From an uncultured Planctomycetota bacterium (GTDB lineage Bacteria > Planctomycetota > UBA11346): DNA of 64,000 bases. The notes beneath the pieces were generated by a model that saw only the letters and a program-made list of their open reading frames with translations, did not search any database and was not told where the DNA came from. Location: the NCBI GenBank assembly GCA_963818245.1, contig CAWFSD010000003.1:99860-163859 (forward strand), in the 5' to 3' direction. Shown piece by piece: positions 51,853-61,630 of this stretch; position 1 is the first letter of the stretch; each line of letters begins with the position of its first letter. Position numbers and translations under genes: made by a program.

Positions 51853-52152
51853 GTGGCCTTCGACCTGGCCGCCTTCCAGGCGCACATCGCCGCCACCTAC
51901 GGCGCCAAGGACGCACAGCGCGGCAGCGCCGGCACCTTCATGTACCTGATGGAGGAGGTCGGCGAGCTCGCCGAGGCCCTGCGCGAGCCGCAGCGCCACG
52001 ACCTGCCCGGCGAGTTCGCCGACTGCCTGGCGTGGCTGACCTCGCTCGCCCACCTCGCCGGCGTCGACCTCGCCGCCGCCACCGCCGCGAAGTACCCCGG
52101 CGTCTGCCTGCGCTGCGGGGTGACGCCGTGCGCCTGCGCCTCGAAGCCATGA
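51853..52152 (+). CDS. MazG-like nucleotide pyrophosphohydrolase-domain protein
   Basis: GTG start overlapping the HIT stop (TGACGTG). LMEEVGELAEAL is the EEVGEL MazG motif. Confidence 0.55.
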   Translation: MAFDLAAFQAHIAATYGAKDAQRGSAGTFMYLMEEVGELAEALREPQRHDLPGEFADCLAWLTSLAHLAGVDLAAATAAKYPGVCLRCGVTPCACASKP

Positions 52153-52180
52153 CCAGGATCACACCGGGGACCTTGATTTT

Positions 52181-52314
52181 AACCGCCAAGACGCCAAGGC
52201 GCCAAGGCTCGAGGGAGGGGGGTCGCGAAAAGTGCGGACGGGCGCCACGGGGGTGGGCCGCCGGCGGTCCCGCCCGGGGTCATGCCTTCCGTGGCGCCGT
52301 GGCGTCTTGGCGGT
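52181..52314. repeat. MITE-like element of the same family: 27-bp arm aaccgccaagacgccaaggcgccaagg, about 80-bp core, inverted arm ccgtggcgccgtggcgtcttggcggtt
   Basis: The arms are reverse complements with 2 mismatches. Lies between mazG-like and lpxL-like. Confidence 0.85.
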
Positions 52315-52339
52315 TGAAACCCTTGTTCGCAGCCAGCCG

Positions 52340-53242
52340 ATGAGCGGCCTGAAGATCGCCATCCTCGACCGCCTGCTCGCCTGCGCGCGCATCGTCCCCC
52401 CGGGCTTCGCCTGGTGGCTGGGCGGCGTGCTCGGCGACGCCTTCGGGCGGCTGCCCATGCGCGACCAGGGCCGCGCCCGCGCCCACCTCGCGCGCGCCTT
52501 CCCGGAGCGCGGCCACCACTGGCTGGAGCGCACGGCGCGCGCCAGCTTCCGCCACGTCGGGCGCATGGCGCTGGCCACCCTGGCCACCCTGCACCGCGAC
52601 GCGCGCGGGCTGCGCCGCGGCGTGCTGGTGGAGGGCGTGGAGAACCTCCGCGGGCTGCTCGCCGCGACGCGGCGCGGCGAGGGCACGGTGTGCTTCACCG
52701 GCCACTTCGGCAACTGGGAGCTGTTCGCGCGCCTGGGCGGGGCGATGATCCCGCTCACCGTGGTCGGTCGGCGCCTGCGCAACCCGCTCGCCGACCACCT
52801 GGTGCAGGGCGCGCGCACGCGCAGCGGGGCGCGCCTGCTCTACCAGGACAGCCCGATCCGCGCCTTCGTGCACGAACTGCGCGCCGGGCGCATGCTCGCC
52901 GTGCTCATCGACCAGGATATCCCCCGTCTGCCCGGCGCCTTCGTACCATGGTTCGGCATCCCCGCGCACACTCCGACCGGACCCGCCGGCCTCGCCCTGC
53001 TGACCGGCGCCGCGGTGCAGCCGGCCTTCCTCTACCGCCGTGATGGCCGCTGGGTCCTGCACGCCGGTCCGCGCCGGCGCTTCCCGCGCACCGGCGACCG
53101 CGACGCAGACGCCGCCGCGATCACCGCCTGGGCCACCGCCTACGAGGAGGCGCTGGTGCGGCGCCACCCGGAGCAATGGGTGTGGTGGCACCGGCGCTGG
53201 CACACGCGGCCGGCGGAGAAGGAGGCGGTGCCCCGAGCGTGA
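52340..53242 (+). CDS. lipid A biosynthesis lauroyl/myristoyl acyltransferase family (LpxL/HtrB-type)
   Basis: HFGNWE is the H(X)4(D/E) acyltransferase motif. Typical LpxL length and layout. Confidence 0.75.
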   Translation: MSGLKIAILDRLLACARIVPPGFAWWLGGVLGDAFGRLPMRDQGRARAHLARAFPERGHHWLERTARASFRHVGRMALATLATLHRDARGLRRGVLVEGVENLRGLLAATRRGEGTVCFTGHFGNWELFARLGGAMIPLTVVGRRLRNPLADHLVQGARTRSGARLLYQDSPIRAFVHELRAGRMLAVLIDQDIPRLPGAFVPWFGIPAHTPTGPAGLALLTGAAVQPAFLYRRDGRWVLHAGPRRRFPRTGDRDADAAAITAWATAYEEALVRRHPEQWVWWHRRWHTRPAEKEAVPRA

Positions 53243-53469
53243 TGCTTCGCAGGTGTTCGTGTCGGAAAAAGCCCTCGCGCACGGGAGCCATCGGTCACTT
53301 GGGATAAAGTCGGAATGTCGCTTCTCGCTTCTCGCTGTCCGCTGTCCGCTCGACGCGGATGGGTCGTCCTGACTTCCCTGTCTGCCACGGTCCGCCGAGA
53401 CCCTAGCGCCTCCCGAGCCCCCGCGTCTCCTCCCCCTGGCAGTCCACCCTCCGCCCCTAGGCTTCCGCC

Positions 53470-54573
53470 ATGCCTCGCACCAGCATCCGCGCCAGCGGCA
53501 ACGTCCGCGCCCTGCCCGCCGCCCTGTGGGACAGCCCCTTCCTGCGCGCCTGCCGTGGCGAACCGGCGCCGCGCACGCCGGTGTGGCTGATGCGCCAGGC
53601 CGGGCGCTACATGCAGCACTACCGCGGCATCCGTTCCGGGCGCTCGTTCCTGGAGCTGTGCAAGGACCCGGCGCTGGCCGCCGAGGTCACGGTGTTCGCG
53701 CGCCAGTGGCTGGGCGTGGACGCGGCGATCATCTTCAGCGACATCCTGGTGGTGCTCGAGGCGCTCGGCCTGCCGCTGGAGTTCGTCGCCGGCGACGGCC
53801 CGTCGCTGCCCAAGGCGATCCGCAGCGCGGCCGCGGTCGACGCGCTGCGCTCCGGCGCCCAGGCGGCGGCCGACCTGGCCTACGTCAGCGAGGCCATCCG
53901 GCAGACCGTGCGCGCCCTGCCCGCGGACATCCCGCTGATCGGCTTCTGCGGCGCGCCGTTCACCCTCGCCGCCTACGCGATCGAGGGCGGCTCGAGCCGC
54001 CAGTTCGCCAGCACGCGCGCCTTCATGTACCAGGAGGGCGCGGCCTGGCACCGCCTGCTCGCGCGCCTGGTCGAGGCGCTGATCCCGTACCTGGGCGCGC
54101 AGGTCGCCGCCGGCGCGAGCTGCGTGCAGGTGTTCGACAGCTGGGTGGGCACGCTGACGCGCGCGGACTTCCGCGAGTTCGTCGCACCGCACCTGACCGC
54201 GCTGGTCGCCGGCATCCCCGCCGGCGTCCCGGTGATCCTCTTCGGCACCGACACCGGCCACCTCGTCGACCTGATCGCGGCCTGCGGCGCCGACGTCATC
54301 GGCGTCGACAGCGTGACCGAGCTGTCGCCCGCCTGGGAGCGCTGTGGCGGCCCCGGCCGCGTCGCCGTGCAGGGCAACCTCGACCCCTGCCTGCTGCTCG
54401 CGCCGCGCGCGCGCCTGCTGGCGGGCGCCGACGCGGTGCTGGCCGCCGCCGGCGGCCGGCCCGGCCACATCTTCAACCTCGGCCACGGCGTGCTCAAGGA
54501 GACCGATCCGGAGCAGGCGAAGGCGCTGGTCGAGCACGTGCACGCGGCATCGGCGCGGCAGGCGCGCGCCTGA
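53470..54573 (+). CDS. hemE: uroporphyrinogen decarboxylase
   Basis: PVWLMRQAGRYM is the HemE signature. Full-length. Confidence 0.9.
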   Translation: MPRTSIRASGNVRALPAALWDSPFLRACRGEPAPRTPVWLMRQAGRYMQHYRGIRSGRSFLELCKDPALAAEVTVFARQWLGVDAAIIFSDILVVLEALGLPLEFVAGDGPSLPKAIRSAAAVDALRSGAQAAADLAYVSEAIRQTVRALPADIPLIGFCGAPFTLAAYAIEGGSSRQFASTRAFMYQEGAAWHRLLARLVEALIPYLGAQVAAGASCVQVFDSWVGTLTRADFREFVAPHLTALVAGIPAGVPVILFGTDTGHLVDLIAACGADVIGVDSVTELSPAWERCGGPGRVAVQGNLDPCLLLAPRARLLAGADAVLAAAGGRPGHIFNLGHGVLKETDPEQAKALVEHVHAASARQARA

Positions 54574-54580
54574 GGGCGTG

Positions 54581-56008
54581 ATGGCCTCGACGCTGGTCAT
54601 CGGCGGCGGCATCAGCGGCCTGGCCACCGCCTTCCGCCTGCGCGCCGCGGCGCTCGCGCGCGGCGAGACGCCCGCCATCACCGTGCTCGAGGCCGGTGCG
54701 CGCTGGGGTGGCGTCATCCAGTCCAGCGTGCACGACGGCTGCGTGCTGGAGCACGGTCCCGACTCGCTCATCCGCACCAAGCCCGCTGGCCTGCGCCTGA
54801 TCGCCGACCTCGGCCTCGACGGGGAGGTGCAGGGCACCAGTCCCGAGGCGCGGCGCAGCCTGATCGCGCGTGGCGACCGCCTGCTGCCGGTGCCCGAGGG
54901 CCTCTACCTGCTCGCTCCGGGTCGGATGCTGCCCTTCCTGGCCTCGCCGCTGCTGAGCTGGCCGGGCAAGCTGCGCATGGCGCTCGACCTGCTGCTGCCG
55001 CGGCGCGCGCCGGACGCGCCCGAGGAATCGCTCGCCGCCTTCGTGCGCCGCCGCCTCGGCCGCGAGGCCCTGGCGCGCATCGCCCAGCCGCTGGTCGGCG
55101 GCATCTACACCGCCGATCCGGAACTGCTCAGCCTGCGCGCCACGATGCCGCAGTTCCTGGCCATGGAGCAGGAGCACCGCTCGCTGATCCTGGCGATGCG
55201 CGCGCGCAGCCGCGCGGCGGCGGGTGCGGAGCTCGCCGCCGCCAGCGGCCCGCGCTACGGCCTGTTCGTCACCCTGCGCGGCGGCCTGCAGCGCCTGACC
55301 GACGCGCTCGCCGCGCAGCTCGGCGGCCTCGATCTGCGCCTGGGCGCGCGCGCCACCGCGCTCGAGAGGCGCGCGCATGGCGGTTTCACCGCGACCCTCG
55401 CCGACGGCACCGCGCTGGCGGCGGACCGGGTGGTGATCGCAGGGCCGGCGCACCGCGCCGCGCCGCTGCTCGCGCCGTTCGCCACGGAGCTGGCCGCGGA
55501 GCTGGCCGCCATCCCCTACGCCGGCGTCGCGACCGTCAACCTCGCCTTCGCCCCGGAGCAGATCGCGCGCCTGCCGCGCGCCGCCGGCTTCGTGGTGCCC
55601 GCGGTCGAGGGCCGCACCATCATCGCCTGCACCTTCGCCGACCAGAAGTACGCCGGGCGCGTCCCCGCCGGCACCGTGCTGCTGCGCGCCTTCGCCGGCG
55701 GCGCGCTGCGCCCCGAGGTGCTCGCCCTCGATGACGCCACCCTGGTCGCGCGCCTGCTCGCCGACCTGCGCGACCTGCTCGGCGTGCGCGGCGAGCCGCG
55801 CTTCGCCACCGTGCACCGCTGGCCGCGGGCCATGGCCCAGTACGTCCTCGGCCACGAGGCGCGCGTGCGCGCCATCCGCGCGGCAGAAGCCGCCATCCCC
55901 GGCCTCGCCCTGGTCGGCAACGGCTACGAGGGCGTCGGCATCCCCGATCTGGCCGCGCAGGCCGAGGACGCCGCTGATAGACTAGGGACCCCAGACCGCA
56001 AATCTTAG
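54581..56008 (+). CDS. hemY: protoporphyrinogen/coproporphyrinogen oxidase, FAD-dependent (HemY family)
   Basis: VIGGGISGLATAF FAD-binding motif. It starts 8 nt after the hemE stop. Confidence 0.8.
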   Translation: MASTLVIGGGISGLATAFRLRAAALARGETPAITVLEAGARWGGVIQSSVHDGCVLEHGPDSLIRTKPAGLRLIADLGLDGEVQGTSPEARRSLIARGDRLLPVPEGLYLLAPGRMLPFLASPLLSWPGKLRMALDLLLPRRAPDAPEESLAAFVRRRLGREALARIAQPLVGGIYTADPELLSLRATMPQFLAMEQEHRSLILAMRARSRAAAGAELAAASGPRYGLFVTLRGGLQRLTDALAAQLGGLDLRLGARATALERRAHGGFTATLADGTALAADRVVIAGPAHRAAPLLAPFATELAAELAAIPYAGVATVNLAFAPEQIARLPRAAGFVVPAVEGRTIIACTFADQKYAGRVPAGTVLLRAFAGGALRPEVLALDDATLVARLLADLRDLLGVRGEPRFATVHRWPRAMAQYVLGHEARVRAIRAAEAAIPGLALVGNGYEGVGIPDLAAQAEDAADRLGTPDRKS

Positions 56009-56045
56009 ACCCTCCCCCTCGGGCCTACCCACGACTCCCAGCTTC

Positions 56046-56112
56046 ATCTCTCAATCGGCGAAATCTGCGGAATCTGCGGACTCTCCCCTCTTGAGAATCC
56101 GCCGATTCCGCA
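56046..56112. repeat. hairpin element with 19-bp perfect inverted repeat cggcgaaatctgcggaatc / gattccgcagatttcgccg around a 29-bp loop
   Basis: Direct reading. Lies just downstream of the hemY stop. Could act as a terminator or REP-like element. Confidence 0.8.
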
Positions 56113-56224
56113 GATTTCGCCGATTATGAATGAATGCGACCGCATGTCCGTCGGGGCCAAGGTGACGTGTGGGTAATGGGCGGACCTCGGGCCCTGGGAG
56201 CGGTCCAACGATTCCTGGATTTCA

Positions 56225-56343
56225 ACGCAGAGGCCGCAGAGGAGAAAGGTCCGATTCCGCCGCCGTCATGCGCGTCTCGGTCAACCCACTCCTTCCGGCC
56301 GTCCTCTGCGGCCTCCTGCCTTCACCCTCTGCGGCCTCTGCGG
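56225..56343. repeat. short element of the CTCTGCGGCC family (aacgcagaggccgcagaggag ... cctctgcggcctctgcgg)
   Basis: Direct reading. The 3' end shares a 35-bp near-identical block with 61450-61484 (cctctgcggcctctgcggYaagcSgtccgcagga). Confidence 0.75.
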
Positions 56344-56431
56344 TAAGCCGTCCGCAGGACATCCCTGTCCCATTCTAGACGACCTGCCCGCCGCGAGACC
56401 TGGATCTGGAAGCGCGCAGAGGTTCGACTCC

Positions 56432-56995
56432 TCAGATCTTCCCGACCAGACCCAGCCCCGGCTTCAGGGTCGCCGCGCCCGGCTTCCACCTGGCCGGGCA
56501 GACCTCGCCGGGGTTCTTGGCGATGTACTGCGCGGCCTGGATCTTGCGCAGCAGCTCGTCGGCGTTGCGGCCGATGCCGTTGTCGTGGATCTCGGCGATC
56601 TTGATGCGCCCGTCGGGCGCGACCACGAAGGTGCCGCGGTAGGCGATGCCCTCCTCCTCGATGTGCACGCCGAAGCCGCGCGTCAGCGTGCCGGTCGGAT
56701 CGGCGAGCAGCGGGTAGGTGACCTTCCGGATGGTCTCCGACGCGTCGTGCCACGCCTTGTGCACGAAGTGCGTGTCGGTGCTGACGCCGTAGACCTCGAC
56801 GCCCAGCTTCCGCAGCTCCGGGTGCTTCTCGGCGAGGTCCGCGAGCTCGGTCGGGCAGACGAAGGTGAAATCAGCCGGGTAGAAGAAGAATACCGCCCAT
56901 TTCCCGGCGATATCCGCGTTGCTGACGGTCTTGAAGGTGTCTTCGTGGTACGCCTGCACGGTGAAGGCGGGCACGGTGCTGTTGATGATGGGCAT
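56432..56995 (-). CDS. ahpC: 2-Cys peroxiredoxin (AhpC/Prx1 type)
   Basis: FFFYPADFTFVCPTEL peroxidatic-Cys motif and the resolving EVCPA motif. Confidence 0.9.
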   Translation of the reverse strand: MPIINSTVPAFTVQAYHEDTFKTVSNADIAGKWAVFFFYPADFTFVCPTELADLAEKHPELRKLGVEVYGVSTDTHFVHKAWHDASETIRKVTYPLLADPTGTLTRGFGVHIEEEGIAYRGTFVVAPDGRIKIAEIHDNGIGRNADELLRKIQAAQYIAKNPGEVCPARWKPGAATLKPGLGLVGKI

Positions 56996-57203
56996 GACGG
57001 GGTTCCTCGCGTCGCGGTGATGGTGGTTCGTCCCGGGGCGCATCGTGCAGCTCGGGAACGGCGCGCCCAATCGGTCCTGACGATCGACGCGATAGAGCAC
57101 GTCGATGGTGACGCTCGCGCGTTCCTCGCACGCGGCGCAGCGAAACCTCTGGCGGTTCCGCCGCGTGTGCGTCTACTGCCGCCTCACCCACACAAGGACA
57201 TGC

Positions 57204-57404
57204 ATGCCCTCCAGCATCGCACTCAGCAAGAAGATCGCTTCCCTCAAGGCCAAGGCCGCCGACACCCGCGGCAAGATCGCGTCCCTCAAGCCCATGCTCG
57301 CCGCCGCCAAGGCCGCCGACAAGGTCAAGAAGGCCGCCGCCAAGCTCAAGGGGAAGGGCAAGAAGATCGTGAAGAAGGCCAAGAAGGTCATCAAGAAGAA
57401 GTGA
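57204..57404 (+). CDS. histone H1-like (Hc1/AlgP-type) basic DNA-binding protein
   Basis: 66 aa, Lys/Ala repeats KAKAADTRGKIASLK...KVKKAAAKLKGKGKKIVKKAKKVIKKK. Locally lower GC. Confidence 0.55.
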   Translation: MPSSIALSKKIASLKAKAADTRGKIASLKPMLAAAKAADKVKKAAAKLKGKGKKIVKKAKKVIKKK

Positions 57405-57803
57405 CGCGGCGCGCCGGCCGCGCCCACCGGGACGCGGCCGTCGCCGATGCGGAGCCCATGCTGCCCTCGCGGTGGCATGGGCTTTTCCGTTCCTGGGGGG
57501 ATGTGACCAGCTCCTCAGCGCACGAGCGCGGGCACCGGCTCGCGTCCGGCACCGACAGGTGCGGACTTGCCGGCGGCGTGGCGGCGCTACGGTCTCGCCC
57601 ATGCTCCGCCCCACCAGCCCTGCACGCGCCGCCTTCGCCGGCCAGCCCCCGCTCTGGTGGCGCACGCCTACGCATCCGACCTGAGCGCGCGTCCTTCCTG
57701 TCACTTCCGACGACGGCCCGCTCATCCGAGCGGGCCGTTCACGTTGGCCCGGGCGTCGTCCGGGCGTCCCGGGCCCTGTCCCATCCGGACCCGAGGACTT
57801 CCC

Positions 57804-58724
57804 ATGACCCAGAATCCGGGCGCCACCCCGGCCGCGACCGGGCGCCGCGACCTGCTGTTCGGCGCCGCCGCCACCGTGCTCAGTGCGCTGTGCTTCGCCA
57901 CCAAGGGCGTGATCGTGAAGTGCGCCTACCCCTACGGCGTCGACGCGCCCACGCTGCTCGCGCTGCGCATGGCCGGCGCGCTGCCGGTGTTCGCGGTCCT
58001 CGCCTGGCGCTGCGAGCGCGCCGCGGCTCCGCTGCCGGCGCGCCGCTATGCGGCCATCGCCGGCCTGGGCGTGGTCGGGTATTTCCTGTCCAGCCTCCTC
58101 GACTTCCACGGCCTGGCGTACATCACCGTCGGCACCGAGCGCATGGTGCTGTTCCTGTACCCCACCATCGTCGTGCTGCTGGCGGTCCTGGCGCTGCGCC
58201 AGCGCCTCAGCGGCCGCGTGGTCGCCGCGCTGCTGGCGACCTACGCAGGCGTGGCGCTCACCTGCTGGGGCCAAGCCGATGGCGGCGACCACCTGGTGCG
58301 CGGCGTGCTGCTGGTCGCCGGCAGCGCGCTGTCCTACGCCGTGTTCATCGTGTGGAGCGGCCCGGCCATGCGCGGTGTCGCACCGCTGCGCTTCATGGCG
58401 CTGGCGATGACCGCCGCGGCGGTCGCGGTGCTGTTGCAGTTCACCGCGACGCGCACGGTCGCCGCGCTCGTCCAGCCGGCGCCCGTCTACGCGTACGGAC
58501 TGACCCTCGCGCTGCTCGGGACGGTGGCCCCATCGCTGCTCATGGGTGAAGGCTTGAAGCGCCTGGGCGCGCAGCGCTTCGCCGTCCTCAGCACCATCGG
58601 TCCGGCCGCGACCGTCGTCCTCGCCTGGCTCGTACTCGGCGAACGACCCGGGGCGCTCGCTGGCTGCGGCATGGCGCTGACGGTGGCGGCGAGCGTGGCG
58701 ATGGGGGTGGGGAAGGGGCGGTGA
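57804..58724 (+). CDS. DMT/EamA-family transporter
   Basis: 10 predicted TM helices with the EamA repeat pattern. Start MTQNPGATPAATGRRDLLFGAAATVLSALCFATKGV. Confidence 0.8.
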   Translation: MTQNPGATPAATGRRDLLFGAAATVLSALCFATKGVIVKCAYPYGVDAPTLLALRMAGALPVFAVLAWRCERAAAPLPARRYAAIAGLGVVGYFLSSLLDFHGLAYITVGTERMVLFLYPTIVVLLAVLALRQRLSGRVVAALLATYAGVALTCWGQADGGDHLVRGVLLVAGSALSYAVFIVWSGPAMRGVAPLRFMALAMTAAAVAVLLQFTATRTVAALVQPAPVYAYGLTLALLGTVAPSLLMGEGLKRLGAQRFAVLSTIGPAATVVLAWLVLGERPGALAGCGMALTVAASVAMGVGKGR

Positions 58725-58750
58725 GGTGCGAGGCGCGAGGCGCGGAGAAA
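58725..58750. repeat. short (GCGAGGC)2-3 tract
   Basis: ggtgcgaggcgcgaggcgcgg, downstream of the EamA gene. Confidence 0.5.
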
Positions 58751-58841
58751 ACGGGGATCCTGCGTGGTGCGAGAGGGTCGCGTGGCGTCTGGTGTCTCGC
58801 GCATCTCGCAACTCCACCCGCTGACGTGGAGACCGGGGAGC

Positions 58842-59336
58842 TTATTGGATGAGCTTGTTGCCCACCGACTGGACCTGCGCGGGGCGTTCGCCGGGGGTGG
58901 CGCCATCGGCGGCGGCGGGATCGACCACCGTCGCCTGGCCACCGCTGACCACGACGTAGACCGGATGCTTGGCGTTCGACCCGGGCACCTGGAAGACCTG
59001 CGTCACCGGCTGCGCGGGCGCGCTGGGCTGCTCGGGCGCGTAGCCCAGCCACACGACCGTGGCGGCCAGGCCCGCGGCGGCGGCGGCGAAGGGGAGCGGC
59101 AGGCGGAAGCGCAGCGCGCGCGGCGTCGACGGGGCGACGCTGCGACCCTGCTCCAGCGCCAGCGTGACCAGGTCGAGGCGGGCGAGGTGGTCCTGGCAGT
59201 CGGTGCAGCGCGCGAGGTGCTCGAAGAGCGGGGTGTCCGCGGCCGGCTCGATCGCCCCGTCGGCGACCATGGGCAGCAGCGGCAGGGCCTCGTCGCAGCT
59301 CAGCTCGCGGGCGTGGGGCGTATCCTGCGGAATCAC
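58842..59336 (-). CDS. anti-sigma factor, zf-HC2 type, single TM
   Basis: GTG start overlapping the sigma stop (TTGTGATT), preceded by GGGAGGGGAG. LSCDEALPLLPMVADG...HLARCTDCQDH zinc-finger motif. TM LPLPFAAAAAGLAATVVWLGY. Confidence 0.7.
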   Translation of the reverse strand: MIPQDTPHARELSCDEALPLLPMVADGAIEPAADTPLFEHLARCTDCQDHLARLDLVTLALEQGRSVAPSTPRALRFRLPLPFAAAAAGLAATVVWLGYAPEQPSAPAQPVTQVFQVPGSNAKHPVYVVVSGGQATVVDPAAADGATPGERPAQVQSVGNKLIQ

Positions 59337-59902
59337 AACTCCCCTCCCAGGATCTCGTCGAGCTGGTCCTTGATGGTGGCGCGGCCGCGGCACAGGCGCA
59401 CCTCGACCGCCTGGCGGCTGATGTGCAGGCGCGCGGCGATGGCTTCGTGGTCGAGGCCTTCCTCGATGCGCAGGCGGATGACCTCGCGCTGGCTCTCGGG
59501 CAGGCGCTCGAGGGCGCGCTGCACCGCGCTGATGCGCTCACGCGACAGGAACTGCTCGCCGGGGTTGCGGCCGAGGTCGCCCTGCGCCGGCCGCTCGCCC
59601 AGCACATCGCTGGCGCCGGCCTGGCGGCGGTCCTCACGGCGCAGGTAGTCCAGGCAGGCGTTGCGCGCGAGCTGGAACAGCCAGCCGCGCAGCGCGGCCG
59701 GCTCGCGCACGCTGTCGATGCGGCGCAGGACCTTGAGGCTGACCTCCTGGTAGAGGTCGTCGACGGTGCTGGCGTCGCGCACGTAGCGCTGGATGACGCG
59801 CCGCAGCGCGCCCTCCTCGCGGGTCAGCAGGGCCATGGCGTCGTTCTCGGAATCGACGCCGGCGAGAGCCGCCAAATCACCGATCAGGGCCGTGGTGGTC
59901 AT
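59333..59902 (-). CDS. ECF sigma-70 factor
   Basis: Region 2 (YVRDASTVDDLYQEVSLKV...LRGWLFQLARNACLDYLRR). Region 4 (LPESQREVIRLRIEEGLDHEAIAARLHISRQAVEVRL). Alternative start at 59983. Confidence 0.8.
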   Translation of the reverse strand: MTTTALIGDLAALAGVDSENDAMALLTREEGALRRVIQRYVRDASTVDDLYQEVSLKVLRRIDSVREPAALRGWLFQLARNACLDYLRREDRRQAGASDVLGERPAQGDLGRNPGEQFLSRERISAVQRALERLPESQREVIRLRIEEGLDHEAIAARLHISRQAVEVRLCRGRATIKDQLDEILGGEL

Positions 59903-60138
59903 CGTCTGGGGGGACGCAGCCGCCGCCGGGAACCTTACCGGTTGCCCGCTCGGCTCATGAAGGTTGTCCGCAGCGCTGGTCATAGCATATAACCCATTGA
60001 AGGTAATGGCGCTACGAGGAGGAGTGCACGAGAGGCGAAGGCCATGGGCCAGAGGCTGCGAGGTATGTCGGAACGCGTCATGCCCCACATCATACAAGCC
60101 AGCATCGTGCCACCGGACCGCCAGGGACCTGAACCAGT

Positions 60139-61365
60139 CTACTCGACGACCTGATCGATGGGAATGGCGTTCACGATGGAGGCCTTGGCGCGCAGCATCG
60201 CGACCATGCGCTTCCTGGTCTCTTCGTGCTGCGCGTCGGACAGCTCGGTCTCGATCTCGGCGCTGACCTCGGCGAAAGGAAGGGTGCGCGCCTCCTTGCG
60301 CTCGGTGACGAAGAGCAGGTTGGCGGTGTCCTCGCTCCAGAAGACCTCGGACAGCGTGCCGGCTGCGAGCGAGAACGCGACCGCATCGAAGCCGGGGCTG
60401 TACGTGCCCGGCTCGATCCAGCCCAGGTCGCCGCCATCGCTGGCCTTGGGCCCCTGGCTGACGGTCTTGGCCAGGTCCATGAAGGCGGTGGCGTCCCGAC
60501 CGGCGAGCCGGGCGCGGATGTCGGCGAGCTGCTTCATGGTCGCATCCTGGTCGCGGAACGCTTCCTGCCGCTTGAGGATCTTCCCCGCGCCTTCGACCAT
60601 CTGCAGGTCGGCGGCCATCAGGTCGGTGCGCGCCGCCATCGCGGCGACCGCGGCGATGGTCTCGTCCAGCAGCCGGTCCTGCTCTTCGGTCGAGCCGGCC
60701 AGGTAGCGGTCGAGGCGGGCCTCGACGATGGCGCGCAGTGCCGGATCCGCCGCGTTCTGCAGGTTCTTGAACAGCGCCAGCTTCTGCCCGCGCACCTCCT
60801 TGCGCTCGGCCTTGTCGCTCGGGCGCAGGACGATCTGCAGGACCTTGGCCTGCGCCGGCCGGTGGTACTTGTGGGCGCGCGCCAGGTATTCCTCGTACAG
60901 CTCGTTGGGCGTGATGTGCGCGTTGCGGCTCTCGAAGTAGCCGAGCACCGCCTGGATGGTGCGGAAGCGCTCCAGGCGCTTGCGCTGCTCGGCCTGCTCG
61001 CGCAGCGACATGCGCCGGCCGGTGGAGCGCGCCTGCTCGATCACCTGCTGGGCGATCGCGTCGTGGTCGACGAGCTGGACCTTGTGCTCGGTGGCGAACT
61101 GCTTGCCGTACTGGATGAGCAGCTCCTCGTCGGTGAGGTCCTCGAGCGCCTCCTTGAAGAAGGCGATCGACTCGGCGCGGTTGGACGGGGTGGGCTTGCC
61201 CTTGCGGGTGTAGTCCTCGAAGCGCTCCGCCGCGCGCACGCGGATGTCCGACCCGGTCACCACCGTGTCGTTCACGTAGCGCACCACCAGATCCATGACC
61301 AGGCCCTCCCCGCCGCGCAGGCAGGGGCAGGTCAAGGCCAGGAGCAGCAGGAGGCAGGCGCGCAT
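60139..61365 (-). CDS. SurA/PpiD-like periplasmic peptidyl-prolyl cis-trans isomerase (parvulin domain)
   Basis: Signal peptide MRACLLLLLALTCPCLRG. Parvulin motif SDGGDLGWIEPGTYSPGFDAVAFSL. Confidence 0.75.
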   Translation of the reverse strand: MRACLLLLLALTCPCLRGGEGLVMDLVVRYVNDTVVTGSDIRVRAAERFEDYTRKGKPTPSNRAESIAFFKEALEDLTDEELLIQYGKQFATEHKVQLVDHDAIAQQVIEQARSTGRRMSLREQAEQRKRLERFRTIQAVLGYFESRNAHITPNELYEEYLARAHKYHRPAQAKVLQIVLRPSDKAERKEVRGQKLALFKNLQNAADPALRAIVEARLDRYLAGSTEEQDRLLDETIAAVAAMAARTDLMAADLQMVEGAGKILKRQEAFRDQDATMKQLADIRARLAGRDATAFMDLAKTVSQGPKASDGGDLGWIEPGTYSPGFDAVAFSLAAGTLSEVFWSEDTANLLFVTERKEARTLPFAEVSAEIETELSDAQHEETRKRMVAMLRAKASIVNAIPIDQVVE

Positions 61366-61449
61366 GGGTGGGCAGCCTAGGAGGGTTCGCATGGGGAGAA
61401 GCGGGAACCGCTCGGAGACTGGGGACCCGAGAGCCGAGACCGGGTGGCT

Positions 61450-61484
61450 GGAGAGCGGACCGGGTCCCTCTGCGGCCTCTGCGG
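61450..61484. repeat. solo copy of the cctctgcggcctctgcggcaagcggtccgcagga hairpin-containing block
   Basis: Near-identical to 56318-56352. Contains the stem ctgcgg/ccgcag. Confidence 0.75.
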
Positions 61485-61571
61485 CAAGCGGTCCGCAGGA
61501 AGCCCTGGTCCACCTTCCGGACGCGCTACGAGGTGCCCAGTCCGGGACCGCGGTGGGGTCGTTAAACGCAG

Positions 61572-61594
61572 CACCCTCCGCGTGGCGGAGGGTG
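61572..61594 (-). terminator. candidate intrinsic terminator hairpin CACCCTCCGC-gtgg-GCGGAGGGTG downstream of the OmpA-family gene
   Basis: 10-bp GC stem followed on the minus strand by ctgcgtttaac (short T-run). Confidence 0.45.
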
Positions 61595-61630
61595 TGCGAG
61601 GGACGACGCGACCGGATGGGTCGCGCGGGC

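Noticed and set aside
59903-59983. 27-aa N-terminal extension (MTSAADNLHEPSGQPVRFPAAAASPQT) of the ECF sigma factor
   Set aside because: ECF sigma factors rarely carry such extensions. The segment is Ala/Pro-rich, and the ATG at 59902 gives a canonical 189-aa protein. I kept it as an alternative start only.
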